DNA from: Nemertoderma westbladi
Taxonomy: Eukaryota > Animalia > Xenacoelomorpha
Reading direction: 5' to 3'
DNA: 34,206 bases
Assembly (NCBI GenBank): GCA_032718475.1
Contig: JAUCBJ010004905.1
Location: forward strand, 1 to 34,206
Each line of letters begins with the position of its first letter. Positions within the stretch are counted from its first letter, which is position 1. This document shows positions 22,852-34,206 of the stretch, piece after piece. The position numbers and the translations under genes were made by a program. Under the pieces are notes generated by a model. That model was not told where the DNA came from. It made no database searches and saw nothing but the letters and a program-made list of their open reading frames with translations.

Positions 22852-24859
22852 ATTTAACTAGCTAAAAGGCATTTCAAATTTCTCGCCAAAGCTGTTACCA
22901 CTACATATACTTGTTTTGACTGTATGGTGTGTTTATAGCTGCACAAAAAGGAAAATGTAACTAAATATTGCAATTTCCGTTTAAAAATTTCAAATTTGCT
23001 CTCAAGCACGTCTTATAAAGTGTCAGATATTTCAAGAACTGATAACAAAAAACGGATTTCATTTTCAAATTCAGCGGAAAATTGTGATTCAGAAACAACA
23101 ACAAAATTTTTTTTGATTTTATGAACCCCCTGACCTGACATTCCCCTTAAGTGATTGGTGTCGATTCAGTATTCCTGTCAAGGGATTTATGATAGAACAT
23201 AAAATCGGCACCTAAAGTCTACAATGTCAGGAAGAAAACTAAATGCCTTTTCGGCAGCGAGAATTAACTTATAGTATCTGTTAGTCCAACTTAGGGCTGG
23301 GTTTAAGTAAAAACCGCCAACATCCACAGCCGACAATGACAAATATGAAACTGTAACCTGTACTCTTGACTCGTGTTTATTGCTATGTTTTTTTTTTGTT
23401 TTTTTTTATTATCCGGACTTTCGGCGGCTATATTTAAAATGGTCTGGCGATATTTAAAAATGTTAGGTTTACATTTACACGTTACAAATGATACAGTATG
23501 CGCCCACTGCGCGGAATAAAAGAGTCTGTCACAAGTGATGCTAAGCACGTTAGAGTAAAACGGTATGATAACGGTATAGTATATAACTGTATGGTATGTG
23601 ACCATGGAGCAAGTGGTAAATATCAGATCAGTTAAGATTATATAGGATAGGTATTACCATAAAATTAATGCACCAATCGATATGTGTTCATTAGTTCTAG
23701 TAAGGTGTGGGGATTCGAGAAAATGTTTATGATACATTTCCCAGGTAACCTGTTCCCAATTGACATGACATTTGTAATGCATACAGTATAATAGATGACT
23801 TTACATTTAGTACCCACATTGTCGTAGAGGATTTATTCCGCTTCCTTTTATTGGCTTATCTGGGTCACCACAGGGGTGAGCGAAGTTCCAAATGAATTCT
23901 TTCAAAGGAGTAGTAGGGCCTACTGTAGATAGACAGTTCTAATCTATGCTCAGTATAACTAAATGAGTATCAGTATCCCCTGGGGAGTATAGTTCCAGGT
24001 AAATTGCACTGGAACTAAGACGTCAGACATTGTGCATAAGCATAATTACTATAGCCAAACGACGAAGAAAACTTTTACAATTGACCTGGAAAAAAGCTAA
24101 TTTTTACGTGAGATTCTGTCTTACAAAGAAGCACTGTATAAGTGTAGAATTCAAGTCAATTCTGTTGCATATACAGTATTATACTTTCAACTCCAATGCA
24201 CACATTTGAATGACTCAAAATCACCTATAAATAAATTCTATCCGATAAAAAAATATTGCCATGTTGTTAATGTTTTTAGCAGTTATGGAAATTAAATTAA
24301 AATTATCAAGTATTTGATGTAACAATTTATAAAAAATAAATAAATAGCAAAAACTCAGAAAATGTAGGCCTAGTACTTAGGAGATATTCAAAACTAACTG
24401 TACAGTACCACTCATTGAGATCTTAATAATTTTTATTTAACTCTATTTGTCTCGGGGGGGGGGGGGGGGGGGGGGGTGTCACTTTAGAAATTTTTTTAAT
24501 TTATCTGTATCTTTGAGTGAGGTTTTTTTTCCCCTCTTTAGTAGGCCTACGTATATTATTCATATTTACAATAATGAAATAACTAATGAACAGGTTACAA
24601 TTTATCATTATGAATTCGGTTTGAACCCGAATTTCCAGCACAAGAGTGACAAACGAATCAACAAAAATCTAAAAAATAACAAATACCAGAATACTGTAGA
24701 ATAAAATATAGAACTCAATAAGTAACAAAATATACATCCACCGATTGTGGAAACCGTTGTTTGGGTAAACCGAGATTTCGTGGCTTTTCCTAAAATTTAA
24801 TGGGCTATGCAACAGAGCAAATGCCATTTACATTGCTAAGATAGCTTTCGTGCTATGGT

Positions 24860-25775
24860 CCCTCTCTAGGACCTATCTCCAGTACTTTTGGTGCTAAAAA
24901 TTTTAAATTTTTTGATAATTCACTAAAATTAATTTATTTGTGGTATATAGCGGTTTTTTGGATGGTGATCACGATTATATACCGTAAATTCACGATTATG
25001 GAACTCAAATATAACATTCCGGAAAATTTTTGGTGATTTTGTATACAGTACGTACCATCTGGGGCACGAAAAAAAACAAGTAGTGCAAATACGATAATGA
25101 AAAATCACCACAAAATCAAATTAATTTTATGACCATATAGGTTTTTGGGATGCTGTTCACGAATATGATACTGAAATATATCACATATTGTTGATTAGGG
25201 CATTTTTGGATATATACTGTATGTGCGGCACTTAAAATACAATTAGTACAAATTTGATAATCATTACCAAATCAAACTGATTTTTAGACATTATGGGTTT
25301 TCTGGGACGCTGATCACGAATATGACACTCATAAATATCGCATTATCCAATCAAATTCGATTTACTGTTAGAAATGTTATGCTACTTGTATTTTTCGTCC
25401 CACCTGACAAGCACCAAAGGCGATAGTTGCGTTACCACATATGATTTTTAACGAGTTGTATCGTGATGAGCGACCTTGAAAACCAGAATAGCTTCAGAAT
25501 TACCAAACGGAAGGCAACATTAACAGTTTATTATTTTGTGCTAACTTGTGATTTTTCGTTCTGGGGCACCAGATTGTCACCTAAATTAGGTTTGCATTAC
25601 CAGAAATATAGTACTAGTAAATACTAGTTTCATCGTGATCAGCGACATCGAAAACCCTTAACGTTCAGAATTATCAAACCAAACACAACATTTTTTAGTT
25701 TGACATTCTTTTACTTGTACTTTTCGTTCTGGGAGACGAAAATAGCAACAAATGGGCGGGCCAGATAGGGTTATC
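24860..25775. mobile_element. Decayed non-autonomous DNA transposon with inverted subterminal repeats of about 160-190 bp
   Basis: ggtttt..gg.ygctgatcacga occurs three times on the plus strand (about 24952, 25141, 25297). Its reverse complement tcgtgat.agcgac.t.gaaaacc occurs twice (about 25461, 25633). Termini and TSD are not resolved. Confidence 0.55.
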
Positions 25776-26397
25776 TGTTTAATCTTAATCTGTTTGGTCT
25801 GGTTATATCTGTAGTGGTCTACTTACAGTATGTTTATTTCGCCTTTAATACATCTGTTTAGAAGCATTAAATACATTTAACATTTGTTTACCATTCCACA
25901 TATTTATAAGTACGACGCTCTGCTCCCCTTTATATAATTTCAACCTGCTAATCTGTCCTCATTTTCAATTAATTATACTGTATCTAAAGTAGGGCCTACT
26001 TGAATTCTAATGGTATTTATTTCTATTTCTATATGACTTTAAAAACCAAAACGTCATTTGTGTTATTTAGTTCTAATGGAGTTTAGTCCAAATGAAATCG
26101 TACCTTAGTTCTAAAGCAAACATTAGTTGTTATAATCAATGTGTCAGTGGTTATAAACATGAAACCATACAGGATACAATATCGTCTATAGCATGTTTGA
26201 TAGTACTAGTTTATAGATACGTGGGTTTTGTACACTTGCAACTTACTATGAATTATTTGGCTTATGCATTAGCTGGAGAAAGTCCCATCAAAATATAATT
26301 GGCGAATGTAATAATTCGTTGAATTTCCCTCCCATTTAATGCAAAATTATTATAAAACACAAGAATGTTATATTTGCGATGTAAACTATATAATATA

Positions 26398-26638
26398 CCC
26401 GTTGGACGTTGCCCGTTGGACGGTGCCCGTTAGACGGTGCCCGTTGGACGGTGCCCGTTGGACAGTGCCCGTTGGACGGTGCCCGTTGGACGACAGTGCC
26501 CGTTGGACGTTAGACGACAGTGCCCGTTGGACGTTGGACGACAGTGCCCGTTGGACGACAGTGCACGTTGGACGTTGGACGACAGTGCCCGTTGGACGGT
26601 GCCCGTTGGACGACAGTGCCCGTTGGACGGTGCCCGTT
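26398..26638 (+). repeat. GC-rich minisatellite, variant units of 7, 14 and 17 bp
   Basis: gtgcccgttggacg, gtgcccgttggacgaca and gttggac are repeated. Confidence 0.97.
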
Positions 26639-27407
26639 TCACGTTTTTATAATGTCTGCAGTACTGCAGTGCAGAAGGGCACCGCCCGTCAGCGTTCTAT
26701 GTTTACAATGTCGATTTTCTACGGCTTTGCATCTCAAAGATGTACAATTTTCCTTATTACCAGAATTTTGTCGTCCTTTCTCGTATTTTTCATACTCCCT
26801 TTTTGTTCCCAGTGGTGCTGCATCCCACCCCATCAGTGAGTACGCCTATGAACAGAGAACAGCAGAAAGTAACCAGCTGAAAAATGCAGGTAGATTATTT
26901 TCAGCCAATGATAAACATTTTCCTAGACTAATAATGCATATTAGGTTCGCGACCAGCATCCTTGGTAAACAATATAAAGTATAGGAAGGAACTCAATTAA
27001 GGAACTCTGTGGAACCAACTGAACTGCGCCTTGATTTTCAATTTAACTCTAATATAATTAAACGACATCGTTTCCGATTTTGTAATCAGATTTTATGAAT
27101 ACAAATAAATAATGCGGAATGTACAAAACTAATGTATCTTGAGTTAAATTATAAAGGGTTCATTCAATATCTTGTTTTTAAATATTAAAACTACCTCGTA
27201 TACTGGCTTAGGGTGTCAGTCAATAAAACCAGTTAATCTTCCTGAATTTATATAGGGATTTGTTTATTGACTTCTGTCAATTAGTTGGTAATAGTTGGTA
27301 TTGCTGTCAATTAAGGCTACACCTTCCTCTGAATAGCTAATCACCATTCATTGGCAACAAACTCCGGTAAAGTAAAAGTAAACTATAGTACAGTATATGT
27401 ACAATAT

Positions 27408-27628
27408 AATTAAAGTTAAGTTATCGGTAATCATAAAACATGAACTAACAGTGGCAACCCTAAGGCTGGTCTCTCTTGGCTGTTACCTGTGAGGCCACAC
27501 CAACTCCTAATGGTGAACATTCGATAATTATCCAACCTGTTATTTACTATCCCAGATTCCCATTGTACGTCGCTGGGTTTGGTAAGGTCTAACGCCTAAG
27601 GTTTCTTTCTTAGGGACACAACAGAGCG
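27408..27628 (-). mobile_element. 5'-truncated SINE copy
   Basis: The minus strand reads gttgtgtccctaagaaagaaacctta...aggtaacagccaagagagaccagccttagggttgcc...cgataacttaacttta; its 3' part matches the adjacent plus-strand copy. Confidence 0.65.
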
Positions 27629-27639
27629 AAATTTATACA

Positions 27640-27900
27640 GCGTTAGAGCGTCGGTCTACCAACCGGAAGGTCGAGACCTCGAGCCCCAGAAAAATAGCAG
27701 TCCAGCAGCTTCAGCCCACCCACCCGCTGGAATGGGAACTAGATATATGCTGGGTGTATAAAGAAAAGGGTTAAATAGGGAGAGTATTAAAACTTGGGAG
27801 TACGTTTCCCTGCCTTAAAGGTAATAGCCAAGAGAGAGGAGACTTAGGGTTGTCTCTGGTGTTCGCTGTGTTTTACAATCAACGATAACTTTACTTTACT
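27640..27900 (+). mobile_element. tRNA-derived SINE
   Basis: tRNA-like head gttagagcgtcggtctaccaaccggaaggtcgagacctcgagcccc, body aggtaatagccaagagagaggagacttagggttgtc, and tail cgataactttactttact. Confidence 0.7.
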
Positions 27901-28060
27901 GTTACAAAACACACTATTTTCATTACATAAATAAACCGAACCATACTAAGTGAATTGTGAGATCTTTAACAAACAATATTGTTTATTATTTAACTTAAAA
28001 CCCAATTCTTGAATGAAAACAAAAATAAAATTCCGTCTCTGAACTAATAAAAATATATCC

Positions 28061-29398
28061 CTACATGTAAAATGCAGGGTTGTCTTCTCCATCCTCTTCA
28101 ACAACGTTTTTTTCCATTAGAGATGTCAGTTTCCGAGACAAACAATAGACACTTGTCCCGTCCCAAAAGTATTCTAAACATTCAATGATAGTCACCATAC
28201 TCATACCAACCCATAATCCCAAACATCCACCGATATTACTCAACAAATCCTGCCACTCGTACTTGGGTACTTCTCTTGTTGTTCGCCGTACTGTATCCTC
28301 AACAAATACGTTAACCTGCAACACATCCTCTGGCAAATTAAAGTATTCATCAATAATGTAATCCGACAAGTTATATTCTCCGAATTGCACTGAGTATTTG
28401 GCTATCTTGGGATACGCAGGCAAATTTGGAGGTTTCTTTAATTCGCGAGTCATCTTCTTGAAAAGATGCGACCGAATTGGGTCAGAAATTAGTCTGGAGA
28501 GATACCAGGAGAACGGCGTAGTGAGTACAGACAGAAGACTAGTTTCTCCCCCCAACTTTGGGTGGTAAACATTCTCTTGTAAAGGGTATCGAATGTCCGT
28601 TACTATATCGTAGTCAGTTATATTGCATCGAATAGGACAGTTAGTTTCTCCGCAGTCTAAATGATTTTCACTTTCTTCTAAAAACACCCGATAGCACAAT
28701 TCGTCTGCTGTCGAACATATTCTCCTATCGCCTGAGAATAATAATTCAGAAACGCAACCGCATTGTGAGTAGAGAATACTTTGTAAACATAATTGCTTGC
28801 AGGCTTCGAAAGAGTATATTACCGTAGTCTCGGGTATTTTAAAATTCTGACGTTGCTCATCTGTAAATGTCTGCAAACAGTTCGAATATGGATCCGGCTT
28901 TTTGATAAAGTCCGTGACTCCAATTCCCAGGGTTATGGTGTCATCTGTACTGTAATCTCTCCCGGTCACTCGAGGCACAACCATTGGTTTATAGTCACCA
29001 ATGATTATTCGGTACCCAATAACTGGACTTAACTGATCGATGTGCTCAAACTTATCTTTATGTAGAAAAAGTTTCAACCCTTTGCCTTTTGTTATCCAGG
29101 ATGGTCGGGGTGGATTGAATGTGTAGCAGTTGCCGTAGGTCTGATCACGAACTATTTTAAAGTCGCGAGTCATATTGCAATCTTGGTTATCGAATTCGCA
29201 CAATAACACTAAGTCCTCGAGATGATAGCCATATTTGTCGAGTTCGGCCGCATCCATGTTTCCCTGTAGAGGTGATTCGCCTTCACTATACTTAAAGATA
29301 TTCGGATAGCTATCAATACCTTCTCTGAGTTTTTCAACTTGTTCAATGTCGTTGGATGATGTACCTCCAATTTCTACGCAAAATAACTTGGCTTCAAC
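28061..29398 (-). CDS. DEG/ENaC (ASIC/degenerin-family) sodium channel subunit, last coding exon
   Basis: Acceptor ttttcgttttag|GTT at 29399/29398 adds 47 open codons before the listed ATG. Motifs LLCEFDNQDC, YGNCYTFN, GLKLFL, the Cys-rich thumb, and TM2 DLLSNIGGCLGLWVGMSMVTIIE with a GxS filter. Confidence 0.93.
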   Translation of the reverse strand, partial: VEAKLFCVEIGGTSSNDIEQVEKLREGIDSYPNIFKYSEGESPLQGNMDAAELDKYGYHLEDLVLLCEFDNQDCNMTRDFKIVRDQTYGNCYTFNPPRPSWITKGKGLKLFLHKDKFEHIDQLSPVIGYRIIIGDYKPMVVPRVTGRDYSTDDTITLGIGVTDFIKKPDPYSNCLQTFTDEQRQNFKIPETTVIYSFEACKQLCLQSILYSQCGCVSELLFSGDRRICSTADELCYRVFLEESENHLDCGETNCPIRCNITDYDIVTDIRYPLQENVYHPKLGGETSLLSVLTTPFSWYLSRLISDPIRSHLFKKMTRELKKPPNLPAYPKIAKYSVQFGEYNLSDYIIDEYFNLPEDVLQVNVFVEDTVRRTTREVPKYEWQDLLSNIGGCLGLWVGMSMVTIIECLEYFWDGTSVYCLSRKLTSLMEKNVVEEDGEDNPAFYM

Positions 29399-30246
29399 CT
29401 AAAACGAAAAATGATCTGTGTGCAAAATTGGAACACTATAATAATTGTACAATTAAATTATGTCCTACAATTACTGTATTATTTTATTGTCACAGACATT
29501 TCACATCAAGGCCTATTCAGTATTCATGTGATGTATGGCCTATTGGGTGTTTGACTGAATGATTGTGGTTGGCATTTGGATATGCCGATAGGAGGGGGCT
29601 CATTATTAGTTGCCTATATAGATATGACGCAGCTGAGAGAGCAGCAGACGAGAGCATGAAAAAGCTAAAGTAGGTTATCAAGTAGTCGGCATACCGAGAA
29701 TCACTTCTAGAGGAAAATATTGCCCTATAGACTTGCTTGACTTCCAGTACTAATTATTATGTATAATATGTAATATGTATTAATTTTCTGTGAGAGAGAT
29801 GATAATTTTTTTAAATATTATGTAATATATACCGTACGGTATTATGTACTGTATAAATATAATATTAATTACTTTTAATTTTTACCTATTTTTAACTTTT
29901 AAATTACTTAAGTACGGTGACCAGACCAACAATAACTGTCTCTAATGTACAAAGAAAAACTCACGGCTAAAAGCGCCGTATATACTGAATGTACGAATAG
30001 AGAGGAACTTATTTACACTTCAAATATAACAGAAATATAAAAAGTATCAGTCTGATTCTATGGAGCCGTTGAAATCAAAAGGTGAGAAGACCAAAAAGTG
30101 AGTTAGGTTAGTGTATGTTCATTTTAAGCCACCCCCCCCCCCCCCCCCCCCCCCCCCCACCACCCCACCCTCTCTCTCCTTAGAAGCTATCAACATAAGT
30201 ACATATTGAATTATTAATTAACAATAAGATGGTATTAGTATCTTAC
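29399..30246 (-). other. Phase-0 GT-AG intron (848 bp) of the DEG/ENaC gene
   Basis: Donor ACG|gtaaga and acceptor ttttag|GTT join the two ORFs in frame, giving 498+445 = 943 aa. Confidence 0.85.
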
Positions 30247-31740
30247 CGTCCGTTCTCGAACTATATCTTCTGGGCGGCGGATCCAATGGATTAGCAAACT
30301 CGTCCCGGTGCTTTTCAGACTCTCTGTCTCGATGCTCAGGGGTATAAGGGGTGACTCTATGGTGGGCCCATCGTAAAGAAACAACCAGCCGTCGTATTGG
30401 CTCAGGAAAGATTGGGCTTCTTGAATTTGTTCTGGCGTATTACTGGGGGAGCGTTTAATTGTAAATTTATCTTCAGGAAGACCTCGCAGTTTCAAATTTA
30501 AAACTGCTGTATAGCCAAGAGGAGCAATAATATGATAAAAAACTTCAGAAGCGTCACTGAGCATTGGTTCGTAGCCTACCAATCGGAATACGGGATGGAC
30601 GTAAATAGGAACTTCGTAAACCTTGACGTATTCGATCATAAAACTAACTGCGCCGATCGCGACTACATACTTCCCATAGTTTCCGCGACAATCCGTCTTC
30701 CTTTCCACGCTATCGGCATCTTTCTGATCTATTTTTCCACAAAACTTATCTGTGGCCGGGTAATCGTGATTTGTCTTTAGGTTGGGAACCACGTAAATGT
30801 CCATCTGTGATAACGTTATGGAGTTGGCGAAGTCGAATTTGATTCTAAAGAGATGCCTGGCATCTCCAGTCTCCCAATCCGCGATGCGGACCCAGAAGTA
30901 GTGCGGTGTTGATGATTCCTTCTTACTGGCTACCGAGGTTCCTGACTTGTGATCGGTTGCGGGACTAATATTCTCTGTTCCCATGGTATCGCTGGTTTCT
31001 TGAAACATGGCGATATCGTTTTTATCGAAATTGGGGCCTCTAAGAATCCCATTGTCCGCTTCAAAAATCATATGAAACCTCGTCCCTAAAATTTCCGACT
31101 TTTTCATTTTGTTAAGATTGCATATCGTAACTGCCGGGAAGTCAATGCTGTTATTGTTGGCTATCCCGGCTATTAGACTAACTGGGTTGTCATAGTAATC
31201 GGAGAGGAGTCGATAGAGTTGGTAGCTGAACCCACAGAAAGCACCGATGGTGATAAGAAGCCAGATAGCAGCTCGAGGTCGGGACACCTGGACAGCGCTG
31301 ATAGCTCGCGGTAGACCGTGCATGCTAGACTTACCGAAGTGGTGCGAGGTGAAAAACCATAAAGACGATAGGATGACAGAGGCTTTACCTTGCGATTTGC
31401 GATTGCGACGTAAGGTGGCGGGAGATATGTTGCCAGATCTCCGGCCAGTTACTGCGGCGTTATTTAAGAAGTTATGAGTAGCGATTCCATTCGATAAAGT
31501 TCGTGGATGCGGAGAAACACTTCTCCATCCGTTGGACGTGGTAAGTCTGATCGTAGAGTATCGGCGCGGCCCACCGGAATGGTCACCGATGTTACTAATC
31601 ACCGGCGTGATCACCGGATCGTCATCGATATCGATGGGGGTCATGCTAATACCGGGATGATCCCCTGATGATGGTCTTCTTGATGTGTCATGGGTCTGTA
31701 GGTCGGATCGTCTGACACTTTTTATTACTGACGTTGGCAT
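30247..31740 (-). CDS. DEG/ENaC sodium channel subunit, first coding exon
   Basis: Pre-TM1 SSMHGLPR (HG motif), TM1 AAIWLLITIGAFCGFSYQLY and DFPAVTICNLN, followed by a large extracellular insertion. Confidence 0.93.
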
Positions 31741-31781
31741 TTTAAAGTTTACTTGATAAGAACATCTAATATGTTGGACAT

Positions 31782-32183
31782 CTGAAATAAAATTTTAAAA
31801 TAAAATTAAGAAAATATACCGTCACATAATGATTTATATAGTTGTTTAGTTCATTAGCTATTTAGTATTTTAGTTGTTTAGTTTATTAGCTTGATTTAGT
31901 TACATATTTATGTATTAAAATATTTCAAGAATCATTAATATATATAAGGGGGTATGATTGGGGTTATAGACAGATAGATTTATTTAAACATTATGTAAAA
32001 CATTAACAAATACACCAAACAATCTAAACCTCGCATTCGTATAATATTGAAAAATATTAGCAAAATAAACATTACAGAAACAAATGCTTTTTATTAAGTA
32101 AATTTTAGGTCTGATTAGTAAAGTATAGGACTCATAAATTATTGTGGATTACTTGCAAAAAAAAACGAAACTATAAATCTTAC
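31782..32183 (-). other. Putative 5'-UTR intron of the DEG/ENaC gene
   Basis: Acceptor ttttatttcag|atg lies 41 nt upstream of the start codon. A candidate donor ccg|gtaaga is at 32184/32183. Confidence 0.45.
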
Positions 32184-33764
32184 CGGCGTGCTATGTATTT
32201 CAAGTTAAGGTACATTTTAATGTACCTTAACCTTTATTCTTCTTAACCTTTATTCTTGAGTACCAAATGAAGGATCGTGGTTCCTCAAAGTTATGTAAAT
32301 ACAGTATCTAGATGAATAATTATTAGTCATTGTTGATAAAATTCGAAATTTTTTGAATACTTAAACTGAAATAAACAATGCATAATCAGCAATAAATTCC
32401 GAAATAAACATTAAATAAATTTAAATTAAATTTTTAAAGATAGAGATAGATACTAGAATAAATACATTGCGAGTAAACATGTTGAGCGTAAAAAAATGTT
32501 GTGAGTAAATAAATACATTGATATGATAACATTTTTATTTTAGTTGGAGATATGCGCCTTATCAATGAGGAAAATTTACCTATGGAAATCTGAAACAATC
32601 TGATTGGCTGAACATAAACGGAGCTTCTTCACCAGGTGTACACTAGTCCACTTAGCCATCAAAATTACATGAAGTTGCATTATGTGCAACCTCTATTACT
32701 TATTGCTCTAAGAATGAGAAAATTTAAAAGAAGTGAAATTGGAAAATTAACAATTGAATATAATTAATTCCAACTAAAAAAAATTCGCGAAGTAGATCAT
32801 TGAACATTCCGATTTTAGTGAAAACATGTTGGTTGCGGTTAACCGTTCATAGTTTATATTGATTTCTAGCCAATCAACATAACGTGGCGGAACAAGATAA
32901 AAGTTCGGAATAGATAGACGGTCGATAAAATAATAGGAAGGAAGCCTCTTGCTTCCTCTTATCGTTTTATTACCCAAGGGGCATCAGGTAATTAAATGAC
33001 GGCTGAAATTCTATGTCTCTGCGGGTGATATTAGGGAATAGTTGCTTTATTGGAGGTGGGGGTTACAGTAACCTATAGGATAAGAAACAAGGATGGCCTC
33101 TGACCCTACTTAATCCATCTCCATATGGACCTATTGTTTGCCCAGCTTTGTACTGCAAACGCCTACAAGTCATTTCAGATCAGCAGGGCGGCATCCCAAT
33201 AAGGGGAGACAATCGATATGGGATCTGAACATGGAAAAGCTAAAGTGTCGCCATTCCTTCTGGCCATTCAATAAATTCATTAAGTAGAGAGGCCCAATTT
33301 CCTCCACTATATAATATTGTAATGATATAAACTCGAAAGTATAGGTAGATATATTATATACATGGTTAAAAAATTAACAATTAATTATTTTAAGAAAACA
33401 CAGCCCATGTGAAAAATACCAGGATTTCATTTTTCGGTCGACTTTTTATCGGAATTTTATATATGAAGATTTTTATTTTTTTTAATTTATTATTATTAAG
33501 TGTTTAATAGCGCTTATTTCTGTCTTATAACCTGTACATATACTAATATGTTTATTGTTTTGGTTAAATTAAATTCTGTTACCTGTGTTTTTGGTGAAAA
33601 CCTGGTATTCTTCACACGGGGACAATTGCAAAATGAAATATAACGGCAGAAAGTCTGGTTTCTTCACATGGGCCCTCAAAGATAGGGCCAGGCGTGTTTG
33701 TGACATTTATGAATAATCACTTATAACTTTGAATTATATTTTATATAAACAAGTCGAATATTCA

Positions 33765-33860
33765 TTAAATTTAGTTTTTGTTTAAATTGGTAAATAGTAG
33801 GATGCCGGCGAAGTGACATTTTAGGAGTTGATTCCAGTGTAACGGACCTTGATAACTCGC
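33765..33860 (-). mobile_element. Tiny relic of the 3' end of a CR1/L2-group LINE
   Basis: The minus strand encodes YQGPLHWNQL, then after a frameshift TIYQFKQKL, resembling the GP..WN.LP...FK..L terminus of these ORF2 proteins. Confidence 0.4.
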
Positions 33861-34206
33861 ACCATGACCTACTATAATAGGTCATGGTCGCACTATAGAC
33901 TGGGTTGATGATTTTCGATACAGAGGAGAGGGAGATCCACACAAAGATTACCATTGACTGATTGACTTCCTGAGTGGCCTAGACGTTATCGCATCTTTAA
34001 CTCAATAAGAGACAGGTCAGGTCAGAGTTGTAAAAATGTTTGACCTCATACTGTCCAACGATTCACAAAGCCAATAAGTCAAGCATTATTATGATATGGA
34101 CTTTCTAATACTAAATCATTTATATCCTAATAATAGCTGAAAAATGCGCTGTAGTTAACATTATTGCGACGCTATGGCGCATCTGCCATCAATCTAACGG
34201 CCATCT

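Noticed and set aside
22860-23150. Possible right end of a Kolobok-like element (ccccttaa)
   Set aside because: No matching left end was found in the window.
24454-24476. G23 run (and a C27 run at 30132-30158)
   Set aside because: Simple homopolymers with uncertain length; no functional evidence beyond generic G-quadruplex potential.
26339-26984. Several overlapping ORFs with repetitive peptides
   Set aside because: They are translations of a stop-free minisatellite, with no protein features.
27640-27690. tRNA gene
   Set aside because: The acceptor stem is missing, the B box is degenerate, and it continues into a SINE body and tail.
32850-33330. Possible decayed LINE fragment on the minus strand (FRSHIDC-like motif)
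   Set aside because: Too degenerate to support without a profile search.
33861-33888. Palindrome accatgaccta-ctataa-taggtcatggt
   Set aside because: An isolated short hairpin, probably a tiny repeat insertion; bacterial terminator logic does not apply here.

Overview
AT-rich eukaryotic DNA, probably from an invertebrate animal; the species cannot be named from the sequence. The main feature is a 16.2-kb Bel/Pao LTR retrotransposon (6023-22248). It has TG..CA LTRs of 1080 and 1120 bp, about 2% diverged by my manual count, and a 5-bp CGTTT target-site duplication inside a 68-bp tandem array. Its gag-pol (8936-15021) is decayed and has lost the RT catalytic core and RNase H by deletion. Two properties are unusual. 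(1) There is no tRNA primer-binding site: the 14 nt directly after the 5' LTR are the exact reverse complement of a sequence inside the LTR, the signature of Tf1-type self-priming. (2) A second, non-env ORF of about 1430 codons (16799-21102) encodes a WRN/EXD/Mut-7-like DEDDy 3'-5' exonuclease, three CCHC-type zinc knuckles and a basic tail. Together they suggest a possibly undescribed system in which an LTR-derived RNA primer is trimmed by an element-encoded exonuclease; this link is a hypothesis. The window also holds RTE and RTEX LINE fragments, MITE-like inverted repeats, tandem repeats and a head-to-head SINE pair. An intact host DEG/ENaC channel gene (minus strand, two coding exons, about 943 aa) appears to carry F-type-lectin-like and CUB-like domains inserted in its extracellular loop.
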